Source: Felis catus | Lineage: Eukaryota | Length of the DNA: 64,000 nt | Direction of reading: 5' to 3' | Assembly: GCF_018350175.1 (NCBI RefSeq) | Contig: NC_058368.1 | Span: forward strand, 225,186,001 to 225,250,000 | Shown: positions 53,300 to 64,000 of the stretch, one piece after another | Layout: every line of letters starts with the position of its first letter | Position numbering within the stretch: the first letter of the stretch is position 1 | The notes under the pieces: model-generated | Database searches by the model: none | What the model saw: the letters and a program-made list of their open reading frames with translations, nothing else | Told to the model about the DNA's origin: nothing | Program-made: the position numbers and the translations under genes

Positions 53300-54015
53300 A
53301 AAAATAGATTTCTTTTTTATGTTTTCATTTACGTTTCTACACCCACGGCTTCAGGAAAGCCTGCAGCCTAACAGGCTTTGCTTTCATTATCTGGAACTCT
53401 GACTCAGAATTAGGAAAAGATGAGAAGTTCCCCAAACAGCACTTTTATTGAGGCCCCTTTACCCACACTCTCTTAAATCCTGGGATATCTAAGCAAAAAC
53501 ATATGTGAAGAGAGCAAATGAGCACATTCTCTAAATGATTCTAAATGGGTGCCCAACGCTTCATCGTTTTGTCATTTGACAATTGAACACGTTGAATTAG
53601 CTCCTGGGGGAGCTAAAACAAAAGACTTGGATCCATTATATGAGGCCCAATTAATTTATAAATGAGTGATATTAAAAGCGAACTTTCTGGACTCAGAGAG
53701 CAACTCAGGAGAAACATAAAACCGCCCTTTACAGGGAGAAAAATGAGGAACACGTGTGATATTTGGACCTTAAAAAATATGAAGGTCAAGTGTCCATGAG
53801 ATGGAGATAGATGATATTGGTGTTTGATGGATTGTTTCAGTGTGCACAGTCACACTGAGTGTTCTTTTTAAAGATTCTAGTTGTTTTTCAAAAAGATACT
53901 CTGGGAATTTACTTAAGTATGTATATGAACAGAAGAATACAGATGGAGAAAGAAAATTACTCTTCATAAAATGAGGACTGAGAAAGACTCAGAAATGTAT
54001 GAAAACAATGGTTTC

Positions 54016-54239
54016 GGAAGGTGGCTCAGTTGGTTGAAGGTCAGACTCGGCCTCAGGTCTCGATCTCCGGGTCTGTGAGTTCGAGCCCCGCGTCGGGCTC
54101 TGTGCTGACGGCTCAGAGCCTGGAGCCTGCTTCGGATTCTGTGTCTCCCTCTCTCTGCCCCTCCCCAACTCGTGCTCTGTCTCTCTCTGTCTTTCAAAAA
54201 TAAATAAAGGTTAAAAAAATTTAAAAGTACATAAAAAAT
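54016..54239 (+). mobile_element. CanSINE (5' end slightly truncated)
   Basis: TSD aaaacaatggtttc. Confidence 0.95.
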
Positions 54240-55766
54240 AAAACAATGGTTTCTGGGACTTTGAGATTTCATACATTATTGAGAAAAATCTCTATCATTA
54301 AGAGGGCATGAAACATACAGGCTCAGGATGAGGAATAGTTTTTGTTGTTATTGTTGTTTTTAAACCAAAGGCATGTGTCTTCACGAAAAACTCCCTGCGT
54401 GGCCCTTTTCACTTTTCCATTAGCAGAGAGGGTAAAAGATAAAAATAAATCGATAATAATAATAATAATAACAATAACACCCTGGCTAAATAGCAGTCCC
54501 TGAACTAAATGCTTAAAATATTAACTACTTGGCAGGCCAAAAACAGTGTCAGCTATAAATGAAGCAAATCCTGTCTCCTTTTATGTCTCCTTTTATGAGG
54601 ATGCATATAAGAGCTCATGTGACTAATATCACAACTGGTTAGCGATAGCATTTTTTGGTATATTCTTAAAATTATCTTCTGAGCATTCAGCTTTCGATAT
54701 TGAGGAAATTAGTTACAAAGTAATGATCAAAATTACCCCACAGTTACTCTCAAAAAGCAGAATAGAAATCAAAAGAATGAAGATTAACCTCATCAATTTT
54801 GAGAGAAGTTTGTCACCAAAATAGTAAATTTTACAAACCGCAAATTTTTCCCCATAAAATCTGAGTCCCCACTTGACTCAAATCGGCTGTGTGCCACAGC
54901 CTTCTATCCGTAAAGGAGTGTCCCAAAGCCAACTCTGACAGTGGACATTAAGTGTTACGTTGGGTGAATCCTTCAATGAAGATAGGGTGTTTCATCATGG
55001 CTTCATGTTTCATGTGATGAAGATTAAGGATTTCAGATGCCCTATGAAAACAAACTTTGTGTAGCTGCTGCCACTTCCCAACTTACCCAATTCAGGCAGC
55101 TGAATGTCTAGATCTTGCCAGCACCCAAGTTGACCACCAATTCCCTGTTGTACGCTAGACCCTGGGTCTTGACCCCACTGAAAGATAGGGGACTGTCCAA
55201 GAATGGGGAATGGTGTTCCTGTATCATGACCAGGTGTGACCTCTGCCTCACTGGGCAGTTCCAGGCTGAAGACGATCTTCTAGGGCTGAGGCCAGGTAGG
55301 GCCACTCCGGGATGCCTGGTGCTCCCCAGCTCTTGGGATTTGGCTCCGTTCAATCATGCAGAGTCAGTGTCAGCTACTAAATAGGACCTTCAGGGTGGAG
55401 GGACATAGCTGGTAACCTCGGACTAGTTCATCTTGGTTCCTGTGTTTCCTCTTTGCAGTATGCACATAGGTCCCCAACAGGTATTAGACCCTGGAACCCT
55501 TCGTTCTTCAGTGGAGACGCTGTACTCATGGGAGCTAGCGGGCCAAGTAGGTGGTGAGGTCCAAACAGTGCTGACTTGACTGTGAAGCACAGCCTGGGTA
55601 TTGCATTCCCTTCACTTTATATTGTTCACGAGGAGGGAACAATCTAGGTTAATCCAAATTTAACATGGATTGCCCAATTGTTCCCTTCCTGGCTGGGCCA
55701 AATACTCCCACACATACGACACTTTCTGCTGAATATTTGATTTTAGACTACATCTTAGGTTTTCTT

Positions 55767-56013
55767 TTTTTTAAATTTTATTTTATTTTATTTTTTTTAA
55801 TTTTTTTTCAACGTTATTATTTATTTTTGGGACAGAGAGAGACAGAGCATGAACGGGGGAGGGGCAGAGAGAGAGGGAGACACAGAATCGGAAACAGGCT
55901 CCAGGCTCTGAGCCATCAGCCCAGAGCCTGACGCGGGGCTCGAACTCCCTGACCGCGAGATCGTGACCTGGCTGAAGTCAGACGCTTAACCGACTGTGCC
56001 ACCCAGGTGCCCC
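55767..56013 (-). mobile_element. Young SINEC_Fc
   Basis: Perfect TSD tcttaggttttctt. Confidence 0.97.
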
Positions 56014-57746
56014 TCTTAGGTTTTCTTAAGAATGGTAAAATTTGATGTCATGAGCCATAGTTAGGTTAAAAGTCGGATTTAAATATTTTGGTGAGCACAT
56101 TCATGATGGTCTTTAATTGCTTGCACACAGTTTGAGTAGAGTCAGAAAAGAGAAAAAAAAATGCATACTTGGTTCAGATTTTAATTCTTCCATATGTTAC
56201 CCAACACATCTAAGTGTAAGAAAACTGAGAAAAAATGTCTCCTTAGTTTCACTTACCCCTGAACAGTGGTTTATTGTAATAAACACTAATTCAGGAGGCT
56301 GATTTGATTATTCTAATCACCAAAAAACCTAGCGAATTTTTTAATTAAAAAAGGGGATGAAGAGACAGTGAATATAAAACATACTGCTTCCACCAATGAC
56401 ATTTATCTGGAAGAAATGCACAGTATTTAATATTAGTAACCGTATAAATGTCCCCCAAGGTTCACTGAATCTGTGATCTCCCCACCACCCCCTACCAACC
56501 TGCCCCCAAGCTATTTTATATATGCCCGGACACCTTGTAACAACCTGGGCATTCCTCTGCTTTTTTTCCTACCTAAAAGAGTTGCTTGGTGGTTAAGGTG
56601 TTTACGTCTTTCTTGTATGCTGTGCTCTCAAGCATTAAGAATTCAAATTCATTTCACTATAGAAACAAGAACCAAAAGTCCCCAAAGGCGATCATAGGCA
56701 TGAATTGAACCCAAGAGGTATAATATTTGCCCAGTATTCGGTTTCACCATTTCTTCTTCCAGAATTGTCCTCTGACAACATCTTAGGTGTGGTACACACG
56801 ACAGATCACTCCGAAGTTAACTGGGGCCCATTTCTTTAACCCGCAGGGACAGCACCAGGTTCGTCTGTATCTGCTGTATCACTTAAGTCTCTTTGAGAAT
56901 TAATAATCCCAGTGTACTGGCCCTTCACAAGTCCCATAGAAATGTTTCCATGGTAGGGTGTGAAATCATATTTGTAACTCTGATTAATTACCACCCAATG
57001 CCACTCCTTGCCAAAACCTGTTGTTTAACTGATTCAATCATGAGAAATCTTTTTGTGGCTAGGGTTAAGTTCATTGTTAAGGGTTTTACATCTGAGATTT
57101 AGCTTCTAGAATCCAGTTGGAAAAGACCCAAATTACTACCAAGAGATTCAAGAGACAATTCCTTATTTTGTGTTACAGATGGATGAGCACACTCTAAACG
57201 TCACTGCTTCTACCAGTTCTCCAAGCCTTTCCCCATCTACAGGATATATGAAATCAGAGCAAACTTTGGGGGAGAAATCAAGGATGAAGTTGACGTCACA
57301 TACGTTGGTGGGTATCTATCCATCCTGTAACATTATTACCAGGTATATACACAAACTACTAAATATTTCTGAAGTGACAAGGGTCTTTCCTTAGAGATCA
57401 TAAAGCCTTCACCCTCTTGTAGGTAACACAGGGAGACCTGGAGGTTAAGAGACTGAAAAGTCATACAAGACATTAGCGGCAAAACCAACAGAGGAATCCG
57501 GTCACCATGAACTGTTCCACACTTGGCTTTCACAGAGCTGCTCACTGCCTCCTCACAGCCCTTGGGTCCTCTGTCCAGGCTTTGTCATGAATACGATAAG
57601 TAAAGGGCTAAAATAATATGATCATCAGTGTTTTCACAACGTACATAATATATGATATTTTTCCATAGGATCTTCTAATTCTCTTTCCCAGCCTTCAAGA
57701 TCAACTCTGCTTACTGCTTCTTGTTTTATTCAAAAATACTTGTTCT

Positions 57747-58000
57747 GGGGGCACTTGAGTGGCTCTGTCAGTTGACTGTCCATCCCTTGATTTGGGCTCA
57801 GGTCACGATCTCATGGTTTGTGGGATGGAGCCCCGAGTCGTGCTCTGCGCTGACAGCGTGGAGTCTGCTTGGGATTCTGTCTCTCCCTCCCTCTCCGCCC
57901 CTCCCCTGCTCATGCTCTGTCTCTCACAATAAATAAACTTAATATATATATATATATATATTGATAAATAAACTTAATAAACTTTATATATATATATATA
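57747..58000 (+). mobile_element. CanSINE with (TA)n-containing tail
   Basis: Head gggggcacttgagtggctc; flanks tgttct. Confidence 0.9.
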
Positions 58001-58240
58001 TGTTCTAAGTAAGTTAATAACACCCCATGTTATAAGGTATATATCCAGAGTCACTTTTTAGTTTAGCCTCTCCAAGATAATTTAATGGCACTGATCCACC
58101 AGCTAATTTTTTTAAACAGATAATGTTCGCCAAAGTGAGAACATACCGCTTTATACTTCTATCCAAATACCTCCAGGAAAATGCCCAAGAGAGCGCTCTA
58201 TTCTCTACTGAGGTAATAACCAAGGAGGAAGGGGCCATAA

Positions 58241-58289
58241 AAGAAAACCAACAGTCCTCATTACTTCTTTTTAATTGTTTAACTTTATT
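58241..58289 (-). terminator. BASP1: BASP1 polyadenylation signal and downstream GU-rich element
   Basis: Minus strand has AATAAA at 58284-58289, ATTAAA at 58270-58275, then tgaggactgttggttttctt (58241-58260). Confidence 0.8.
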
Positions 58290-59172
58290 ACCGTTGCACC
58301 ATTTATACAATTACATATAATTTCAATGCATCCATTGTACATTTTTTTTGTTTTTTTTTTATTTTTATTTTTTTTTCCATTTTCCAATGAGCGGTGTGTT
58401 GGTGCCTGTGACACAGAATGGAAGAGAAACCAGAACTGCAATGAACGCAGACTTTTTTTTTTTTTTTTTCATTTCCACTGACCAATAAACAGAACTACAG
58501 GTGCACCCAACCACGGACATGCATTAACTCGTCATGAGAAATCTAGGGAGGCTAAGTAGGATGAGAGAATGTTTGTTACTCCCAAAAACACCTGGGGAGG
58601 AAGAATGGAGTCTTGGCATCGAGATACGTGTGGACAGGCTAAGAGGGCTGTCTGAAAGTTGGCATTCATCCACAACATTAAAAAAATATCAAAATAAGAA
58701 AAGCTGTAAATTAAAAAGAAAAACACAGAAAATACTGCTTTCCGAAAGATCTGACTGCCTTGGCCTAGGCCCTGTGGGCAGAATCAAACGCATCACTCCC
58801 AACCCCCTTGCAGAAGACAAGATACTCGGATCTTAGCGGCGGAGTGCCTGTGACAGCAGTTCAGGTACAAAAATTGTACTGTACTTTCAGACATTGATCT
58901 TTAAAATCCAGGACTGATTGGTAAAGTTGACTGAAGGTATATTAGATATTTCCCCACAAAAATACTATTTGGATTCTCCCCACCCCCTCCCTCCCTCGAT
59001 GGGACAACATCCTTTTTTTTTTTTCTTTAATCTTGGGCAATACATATCATTACTTCGGATTTGAAACGAGTTAGTATAGGAGAGAGAGAGAGAGAGACAG
59101 AGAGAGAGAGAGAGACACAGAGAGAGAGAGACAGGCGGTGGAAGCAGACTCGGTTTCCATAGGCTGTCCTTG
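58265..59172 (-). other. BASP1: BASP1 3' UTR (~0.9 kb; 3' end approximate)
   Basis: No interspersed repeats between the stop codon and AATAAA; U-rich tracts; the terminal part resembles the recalled human BASP1 mRNA end. Confidence 0.8.
59080..59133 (-). repeat. (CT)n microsatellite in the BASP1 3'UTR
   Basis: (AG)n on the plus strand, ~40 nt after the stop codon. Confidence 0.95.
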
Positions 59173-59838
59173 TCACTCCTTGACTGCTACGGTTTGCTCG
59201 GAGCTGGCGGGCGCCTCGGCCGCCTTGACCTCGTCCGCTGGGGCTGCGGGGGCCTGGGCCTTGGCCGTGGAACTGGGTGCTTCCGTGGCTGCGGGGCTCT
59301 CCTTGGACGACGGCGCAGCCTCGGTGCTGCTGGGTTTTGAGTCTGAAGCCGGGGCCCCGTCACTTTTCGTCTCCTGCGCGGCAGGAGCTGCGGGAGCCTC
59401 AGTCTTGGTGGGTTCCCCGGCCTCCTTGCCCTTGTCGTCGGCCTTGGCCTCCGCGGGCGCCTCGGGCTCCGCGGCCTTGGGGGCGTCGCCGGCCGCGGCC
59501 GCGGGCTCGGGCTCGGCGGCCTTCGGGGGCTCGGGCTTGCCCTCGGCCGCCGCCTCCGTCTGCTCGGGCTCCGCCTTCGGGGCGTCTTCCTTGGCCGCGG
59601 CCGTGTCTTTGTCGCCTTCCTTGTCTTCGGGCTTGCCGGCCGCGTCCTGGCCATCCTTGTCCGGCTTCTCCTCCTTGCCCTCCTTCACCTCTGTGGTCTC
59701 GGCGGCCGCCTGGGCCTCGTTCTCCTTCGGGGTTCCCTCCTCTTCGGTGCCTGCACCCTCGGCCTTCTTGTCTTTGTCCTTGGCCTTCTCATCATTCACA
59801 TTGTACCCCTTCTTCTTCTTGCTCAGCTTGCCTCCCAT
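59173..59838 (-). CDS. BASP1: Brain acid-soluble protein 1 (NAP-22/CAP-23), complete 221-aa CDS in one exon
   Basis: Translation begins MGGKLSKKKKGYNVNDEKAK (Gly2 myristoylation motif plus basic cluster). It is Ala/Glu/Lys/Pro-rich, contains KTEAPAAPAAQETKSDGAPASDSKP and ends QTVAVKE-stop, matching recalled mammalian BASP1. Kozak context is aagATGG. Confidence 0.98.
   Translation of the reverse strand: MGGKLSKKKKGYNVNDEKAKDKDKKAEGAGTEEEGTPKENEAQAAAETTEVKEGKEEKPDKDGQDAAGKPEDKEGDKDTAAAKEDAPKAEPEQTEAAAEGKPEPPKAAEPEPAAAAGDAPKAAEPEAPAEAKADDKGKEAGEPTKTEAPAAPAAQETKSDGAPASDSKPSSTEAAPSSKESPAATEAPSSTAKAQAPAAPADEVKAAEAPASSEQTVAVKE
59190..59765. promoter_or_regulatory. Intragenic CpG-island-like segment over the BASP1 coding exon
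   Basis: Visibly very high GC and CpG density (e.g. ggcgtcgccggccgcggccgcggg) against an AT-rich background. Confidence 0.75.
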
Positions 59839-59847
59839 CTTGGAGTT

Positions 59848-59890
59848 CTGTAACACAGCACAACACGACACAACACAGAAGCGTTACTGG
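59848..59890 (-). promoter_or_regulatory. BASP1: 3' splice acceptor of the BASP1 coding exon (exon starts 59847, 9 nt before ATG)
   Basis: Minus strand reads ccagtaacgcttctgtgttgtgtcgtgttgtgctgtgttacAG|aactccaagATG, with a candidate branch A near 59884. This fits the known two-exon BASP1 structure. Confidence 0.85.
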
Positions 59891-60248
59891 TGTCCGGAGG
59901 GAATGGCTTTGCCCACCTCCCCACCCCTGACCTGGCAGGCTGAAATCCTAACCCCGTGCCCTGAGACGATGGCACTAGGAGGTGGGGCCTCTGGGAGGTG
60001 ATTAGGACCCGAAGGTGGGGCCCTCGCGGGTGGGACTGCAGACGGGACCCCCACGTGGCTCCCCAGCCTTTTCCCCACGTGAGGAGCAGCCAGGGGACCA
60101 ATCACGACCAGTCAGAAGCGGGCTTTCCCTTCACCACACCTGCCTGCACCCCCAGCTGGGACTTCCCAGCCTGCACAACTCTGAGAAAGAACCTTCTATT
60201 TATGAGCCACCGGGTCTGACTGTTTAGCAGACAGCATGGACCAAGATG
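59891..60248 (+). mobile_element. MaLR solo LTR (MLT1A-like), antisense in the BASP1 intron
   Basis: tgaaatcctaacccc..taggaggtggggcctctgggaggtgattagg..ggacttcccagcct..aactctgagaaa..gagccac; homologous to the 26619 copy. Confidence 0.85.
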
Positions 60249-60325
60249 CTTCTCAGTAGTAAAACTAAAAGAAGCTTCCGTTTACAAAGGAAACAGCTCC
60301 GGACGCTACTGAACTGTGCACTTTA

Positions 60326-60528
60326 TTCCTTCTTATTTATTTATTTTGAGAGAGACAGTGAGAGCGTGAGCAGTGGAGGGGCAGAGACAGAGGGAGAGGG
60401 AAAATCCCTTGCCGTCAGGGCAGAGCCCAGCCCCGTCTGGAGCTCACGCACGAACCATGAGATCGTGACCTGAGCCAGATGAAGAGTCCCACACTTAACC
60501 GCCTGAGCACCACCCCCCCAAGCGCCCC
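60326..60528 (-). mobile_element. CanSINE (intronic, sense to BASP1)
   Basis: TSD gaactgtRcMcttta-like. Confidence 0.9.
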
Positions 60529-60800
60529 AGAACTGTACCCTTTAAGACAGGTTACTGCAGTCAATTTCATATTTTGCCACAGTTGAAAATGACAAAAAGT
60601 GAATCTGAAAAAGAGCCCAGTTAGAGAGCGTCTGGTTGCAGCAAGTAAAGGAAATAATAAACTGAGGTCAAAGAATCCGTGATGAAACGCTAAGCGTGTC
60701 CATCGAAAAGAGAAGGGGCGCAGTATTTGTTTCTTGTCTGCTTTCCGACGTCCAACGCAAACACTAGTGAACGCTTGTGTACAAAATGGCAGAGGCAGCC

Positions 60801-60997
60801 AATTTATCTTATTTTAATTTCTTTCTAACGTGTATTTATCATTGAGAGACAGAGAGACAGAGAATCGGAAGCAGGCTCCAGGCTCTGAGCTGGCAACACA
60901 GAGCCGGACCTGGGGCTCGAACTCCAGCTCACAAACCGGGAGATGGTGACCGGAGCCGAAGTCGGACCCTTAACCGACTGAGCCACTCGGGCGCCCC
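60801..60997 (-). mobile_element. CanSINE (intronic, sense to BASP1)
   Basis: TSD cagaggcagcc. Confidence 0.93.
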
Positions 60998-63049
60998 CAG
61001 AGGCAGCCGTTTTAGATCCATAGTGCTGCCCAGAAGAGGCTCCATAATCTTAAAATACTTGCCAGAGAAATGGCACAGCTGTAATCAAGCACAAATGACA
61101 AATTCCTAGAAAAGAATCTCAAACTACCAACTCTTCTCCAACTTAGCTATTCAGCTATATGCTCGTATCGGCACACACATCTCCAAAGACAAGCAGCATG
61201 TGGCCTTTCTGGTTATCGAGCCGGACCGGTTAAAGGAAAACTACCACCCAAGAAATGAAAAGCCTACGTAGTAGTGTCTCTAATTATATTTGCTTTTTCA
61301 GTTGTTCCAGACTCGTATTCATTGCCTTTCCAGGTATTTTTGGCTTACATACTTCCATAGCAATATGAAAATGGCCTTCATTATCAATTATCATAATCAA
61401 TAACCTGATTAGAATTCCAACTAACTCAATGGTCATTAACAGGCTTTTTCCACTCCGAGTGAAGTTCCTAACTTCCTAGAGGCCTTTGATTTTGGCCTCA
61501 GAAACTGTGATTGTATTTGAACCCTCAATTTTTCTTCCGTAGTACGAAAGCAAATCCAAATAAATAATAAATTATAAATTTATAAATAATAAATTCAGTC
61601 TAGAACCATTGCCAGAAATAAGCGGGCATGCTATTTTTTCCAAGTGCATGTTTATGCCATCATATATCAGTGGCAAACCACTGACCTGTTGCTCTCTAGA
61701 GGAAATTTGGTTGCTTTTCCTTGATGAAGCATGGAACAGATTGAATGTCCATGTATTCTTCAGTCCTCACATTAAGGAAAGTCCAGGAGAGAGAAGGCCT
61801 TGCCCTGGGCACCAGCGGAGGCAGAATTAGAATGTTCTTGCTGCCCAGTCACCTTTTTTTTTTTTTTTGTCATTAATGTCATCCATTTAGAACAGAAAAT
61901 TTTATTCCTTACGCTTCTTGGAATCGTAATTCATGACGGTGAAATAATCTACATTTATCTTATTTAAAAGCAGGGTGTTGGGTAGGACAGTGCTATGCTT
62001 TGGTCAAAATTCATCTCTGTCTGCTCATTTCCACTCTATATGTGAATTTCCTGTCTGGAATGCATTTAATGGTTGAAGGAGGAAAAAGGCAGTAAGCTGA
62101 AAGATGACTAAAATAATGTTCCTAGTCTGAAGGAAGGCCTTTATTATGTTATGAAAGAAAGAATTAATCTTATGTAGCTTTAAAAAAAAAAAAAAAAAGA
62201 ATGGCTTTTGGTCATGATCCACTTCGGATATCCAATGGACTCTATTTGACCTAATTTTTGGTTATTTCTCCCTCAGAAGTGGGGGCAAACATACAGGGTA
62301 AAAATACAATTAAACCCACTCTAATCTCCTAAACAACCACAAAGCAATAAGTGAAAACATAAAGCGGTAAGTCGGACCAGTGTCTTAAGTTGTCGTTTAC
62401 AACTCTTTCATTGAGTTCTCAATTAGCCAGTATGCAGGAATGTCAAAATAATTTCAGCTCTGCTATTTCAAGATATATTCTGGTTCATGAGGTTAGAGCT
62501 GAGAAACAGAAAACCTGACAGGCCTGCCTTTTCTATATATTCTCCAATTCTATCACGGAAACCTATACACCAGTTTAGAGGTCACGGAATAGAAGACGAA
62601 GTGGAAATGTGGGGTGCATTCTGCCCATAACATAGGGGTGCCTCTTTGTGAATACACAGCATGAAATTCTATATAGCTATCCCCAGAGGCTTAAGGCTAT
62701 GTTGGTCTACAAACCTAAAATCTGTGTTACTAAAATTGGTTTTCTGAAACACAGGGCCACTTTCTATTCTTTAAACCCAGCTGTGATTCATTTCTGGGCA
62801 GGAAATGAATGTACATAATCAAGTTGTAAGAAAGTCTCCAACCCTATTTGTTTTTTCAAACACAAAGTTAATAAATGCCCCTACATTTTAGGCTAATTTT
62901 CTTACATTAGTTATAGTGGGGTATCAGAGGGAGGCTTATAGAATCCACCAGAACCCTGGAAAAGCAGGGAAGTCTGGTTATTTCCCAAGACCACAGGGGT
63001 GAAAACCTTGCATATACCGAGGGGTAAATTAAAATTACAATTTAAATCT

Positions 63050-63262
63050 GGGGCGCCTGGGTGGCGCAGTCGGTTAAGCGTCCGACTTCAGCCAGGTCAC
63101 GATCTCGCGGTCCGTGAGTTCGAGCCCCGCGTCAGGCTCTGGGCTGATGGCTCGGAGCCTGGAGCCTGTTTCCAATTCTGTGTCTCCCTCTCTCTCTGCC
63201 CCTCCCCCATTCATGCTCTGTCTCTCTCTGTCCCAAAAATAAATAAAAAACGTTGAAAAAAA
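63050..63262 (+). mobile_element. Young SINEC_Fc (intronic, antisense to BASP1)
   Basis: Near-identical to the other young copies; flanks aattWaaatct. Confidence 0.97.
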
Positions 63263-64000
63263 AATTAAAATCTAACGGTTTCCTGTGTGTCAAGCACAAT
63301 CCTAATCCTAAACACATTACGAGATTATTTTATTTAACATTCTCAATAGTACCACAATGTAGTAAGTATACCGTTAGAATCCTCTTACACATATGGAAAT
63401 TCTAACTAACGGAGGTCATGGGGCACAACTAGAAGCAAAAGCCAAATCCAGCATGTAAGGTGAGAAGGCACCACCCAAGAGGTCAGAGGGAAGTTCATGA
63501 GCAAGCTTCCCACAGGACAGAGCTCATCTCAGGAATGTTACCCTCCCTGGGTCACAAGGTTGGTGCCGACGTGGGGTGACTCAGAACTCAAGATGTTGTC
63601 AAGATAATGATGAAATTCTGAACTTCAGATACTCTCTGCCCATAAACTTTTCATCACCCCATTTGTCAGTGGGGCTTTGTATCAGTATCCTTAAAAAAAA
63701 TAAGGAGAGTAGTAGGTATGCGTTTTAATTACATTTCTCATAGTTTTACTTCTAATTTTGAGAGAAATCAGTTGGTGTAGCAAGTTGTGAGTTGAAACAT
63801 CTAAGCTAAAAAAAAAAAAAAAAGCAGTTAAAATAAAAAATCAGCAGCAAAGAATCCCCCCTGGAAATGATTTAAACCTCAATCTGAGCTACAGTGAAGG
63901 CTAAGCCTACCTTTGCATTTCTCCACATCTGGAACATTCACTAGCCATTAAAAACTCAGACCAACGCTGATGCACTGAACTGACCTCATAGTGTGGATAC

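Larger units (their letters stand above)
59848..64000 (-). other. BASP1: BASP1 intron 1 (3' part; continues beyond window)
   Basis: Repeat-rich non-coding sequence upstream of the acceptor. No promoter-like CpG island or first exon is visible in the window. Confidence 0.8.

Noticed and set aside
56836..56856. REST/NRSE-like ggacagcacc
   Set aside because: Only the right half-site matches; the left half is poor.
59839..59871. 11-aa N-terminal extension (MSCCAVLQNSK) in the ORF track
   Set aside because: Non-ATG start lying in the intron upstream of the AG acceptor; BASP1 needs Met-Gly for myristoylation.
59138..60001. 287-aa and 217-aa plus-strand ORFs and a 155-aa alternative-frame ORF overlapping BASP1
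   Set aside because: Stop-poor shadows of a GC-rich, low-complexity CDS; the plus-strand ones have non-ATG starts and run into intron and LTR.
233..63262. Recurring ORFs such as MAQSV..PTSAQVMIS.. and tRNA-like A/B boxes
   Set aside because: All are translations or Pol III boxes of CanSINEs, not a gene family, tRNA genes or a CRISPR-like array.

Overview
Mammalian genomic DNA, almost certainly a felid: about 35 tRNA-derived CanSINEs are present, including near-identical young copies of the cat-type SINEC_Fc. The only protein-coding feature I can support is BASP1 (NAP-22/CAP-23) on the minus strand. Its terminal coding exon has a splice acceptor at 59848-59849, ATG at 59838, stop at 59173 (221 aa) and a poly(A) signal at 58284-58289. 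Positions 59848-64000 are intron, and the non-coding first exon lies outside the window. The remaining ~58 kb is downstream intergenic DNA made of SINEC, L1, L2, MIR, MaLR/ERVL LTRs, hAT MER elements and microsatellites. It also holds an RPL41 processed pseudogene (2426-2831) that the ORF track misses. No rRNA, tRNA, CRISPR or prokaryotic features were seen, and I found no convincing new biological system. The best leads are a nested insertion cluster with apparent AT->GC drift (2.1-2.9 kb), a GC-shifted LTR and UG-repeat acceptor beside the BASP1 exon, a tail-less L1 micro-insertion, and an AP-1/TEAD/RUNX/SOX motif cluster. Repeat family names come from recalled consensus sequences, not a database search, and boundaries of old repeats are approximate.
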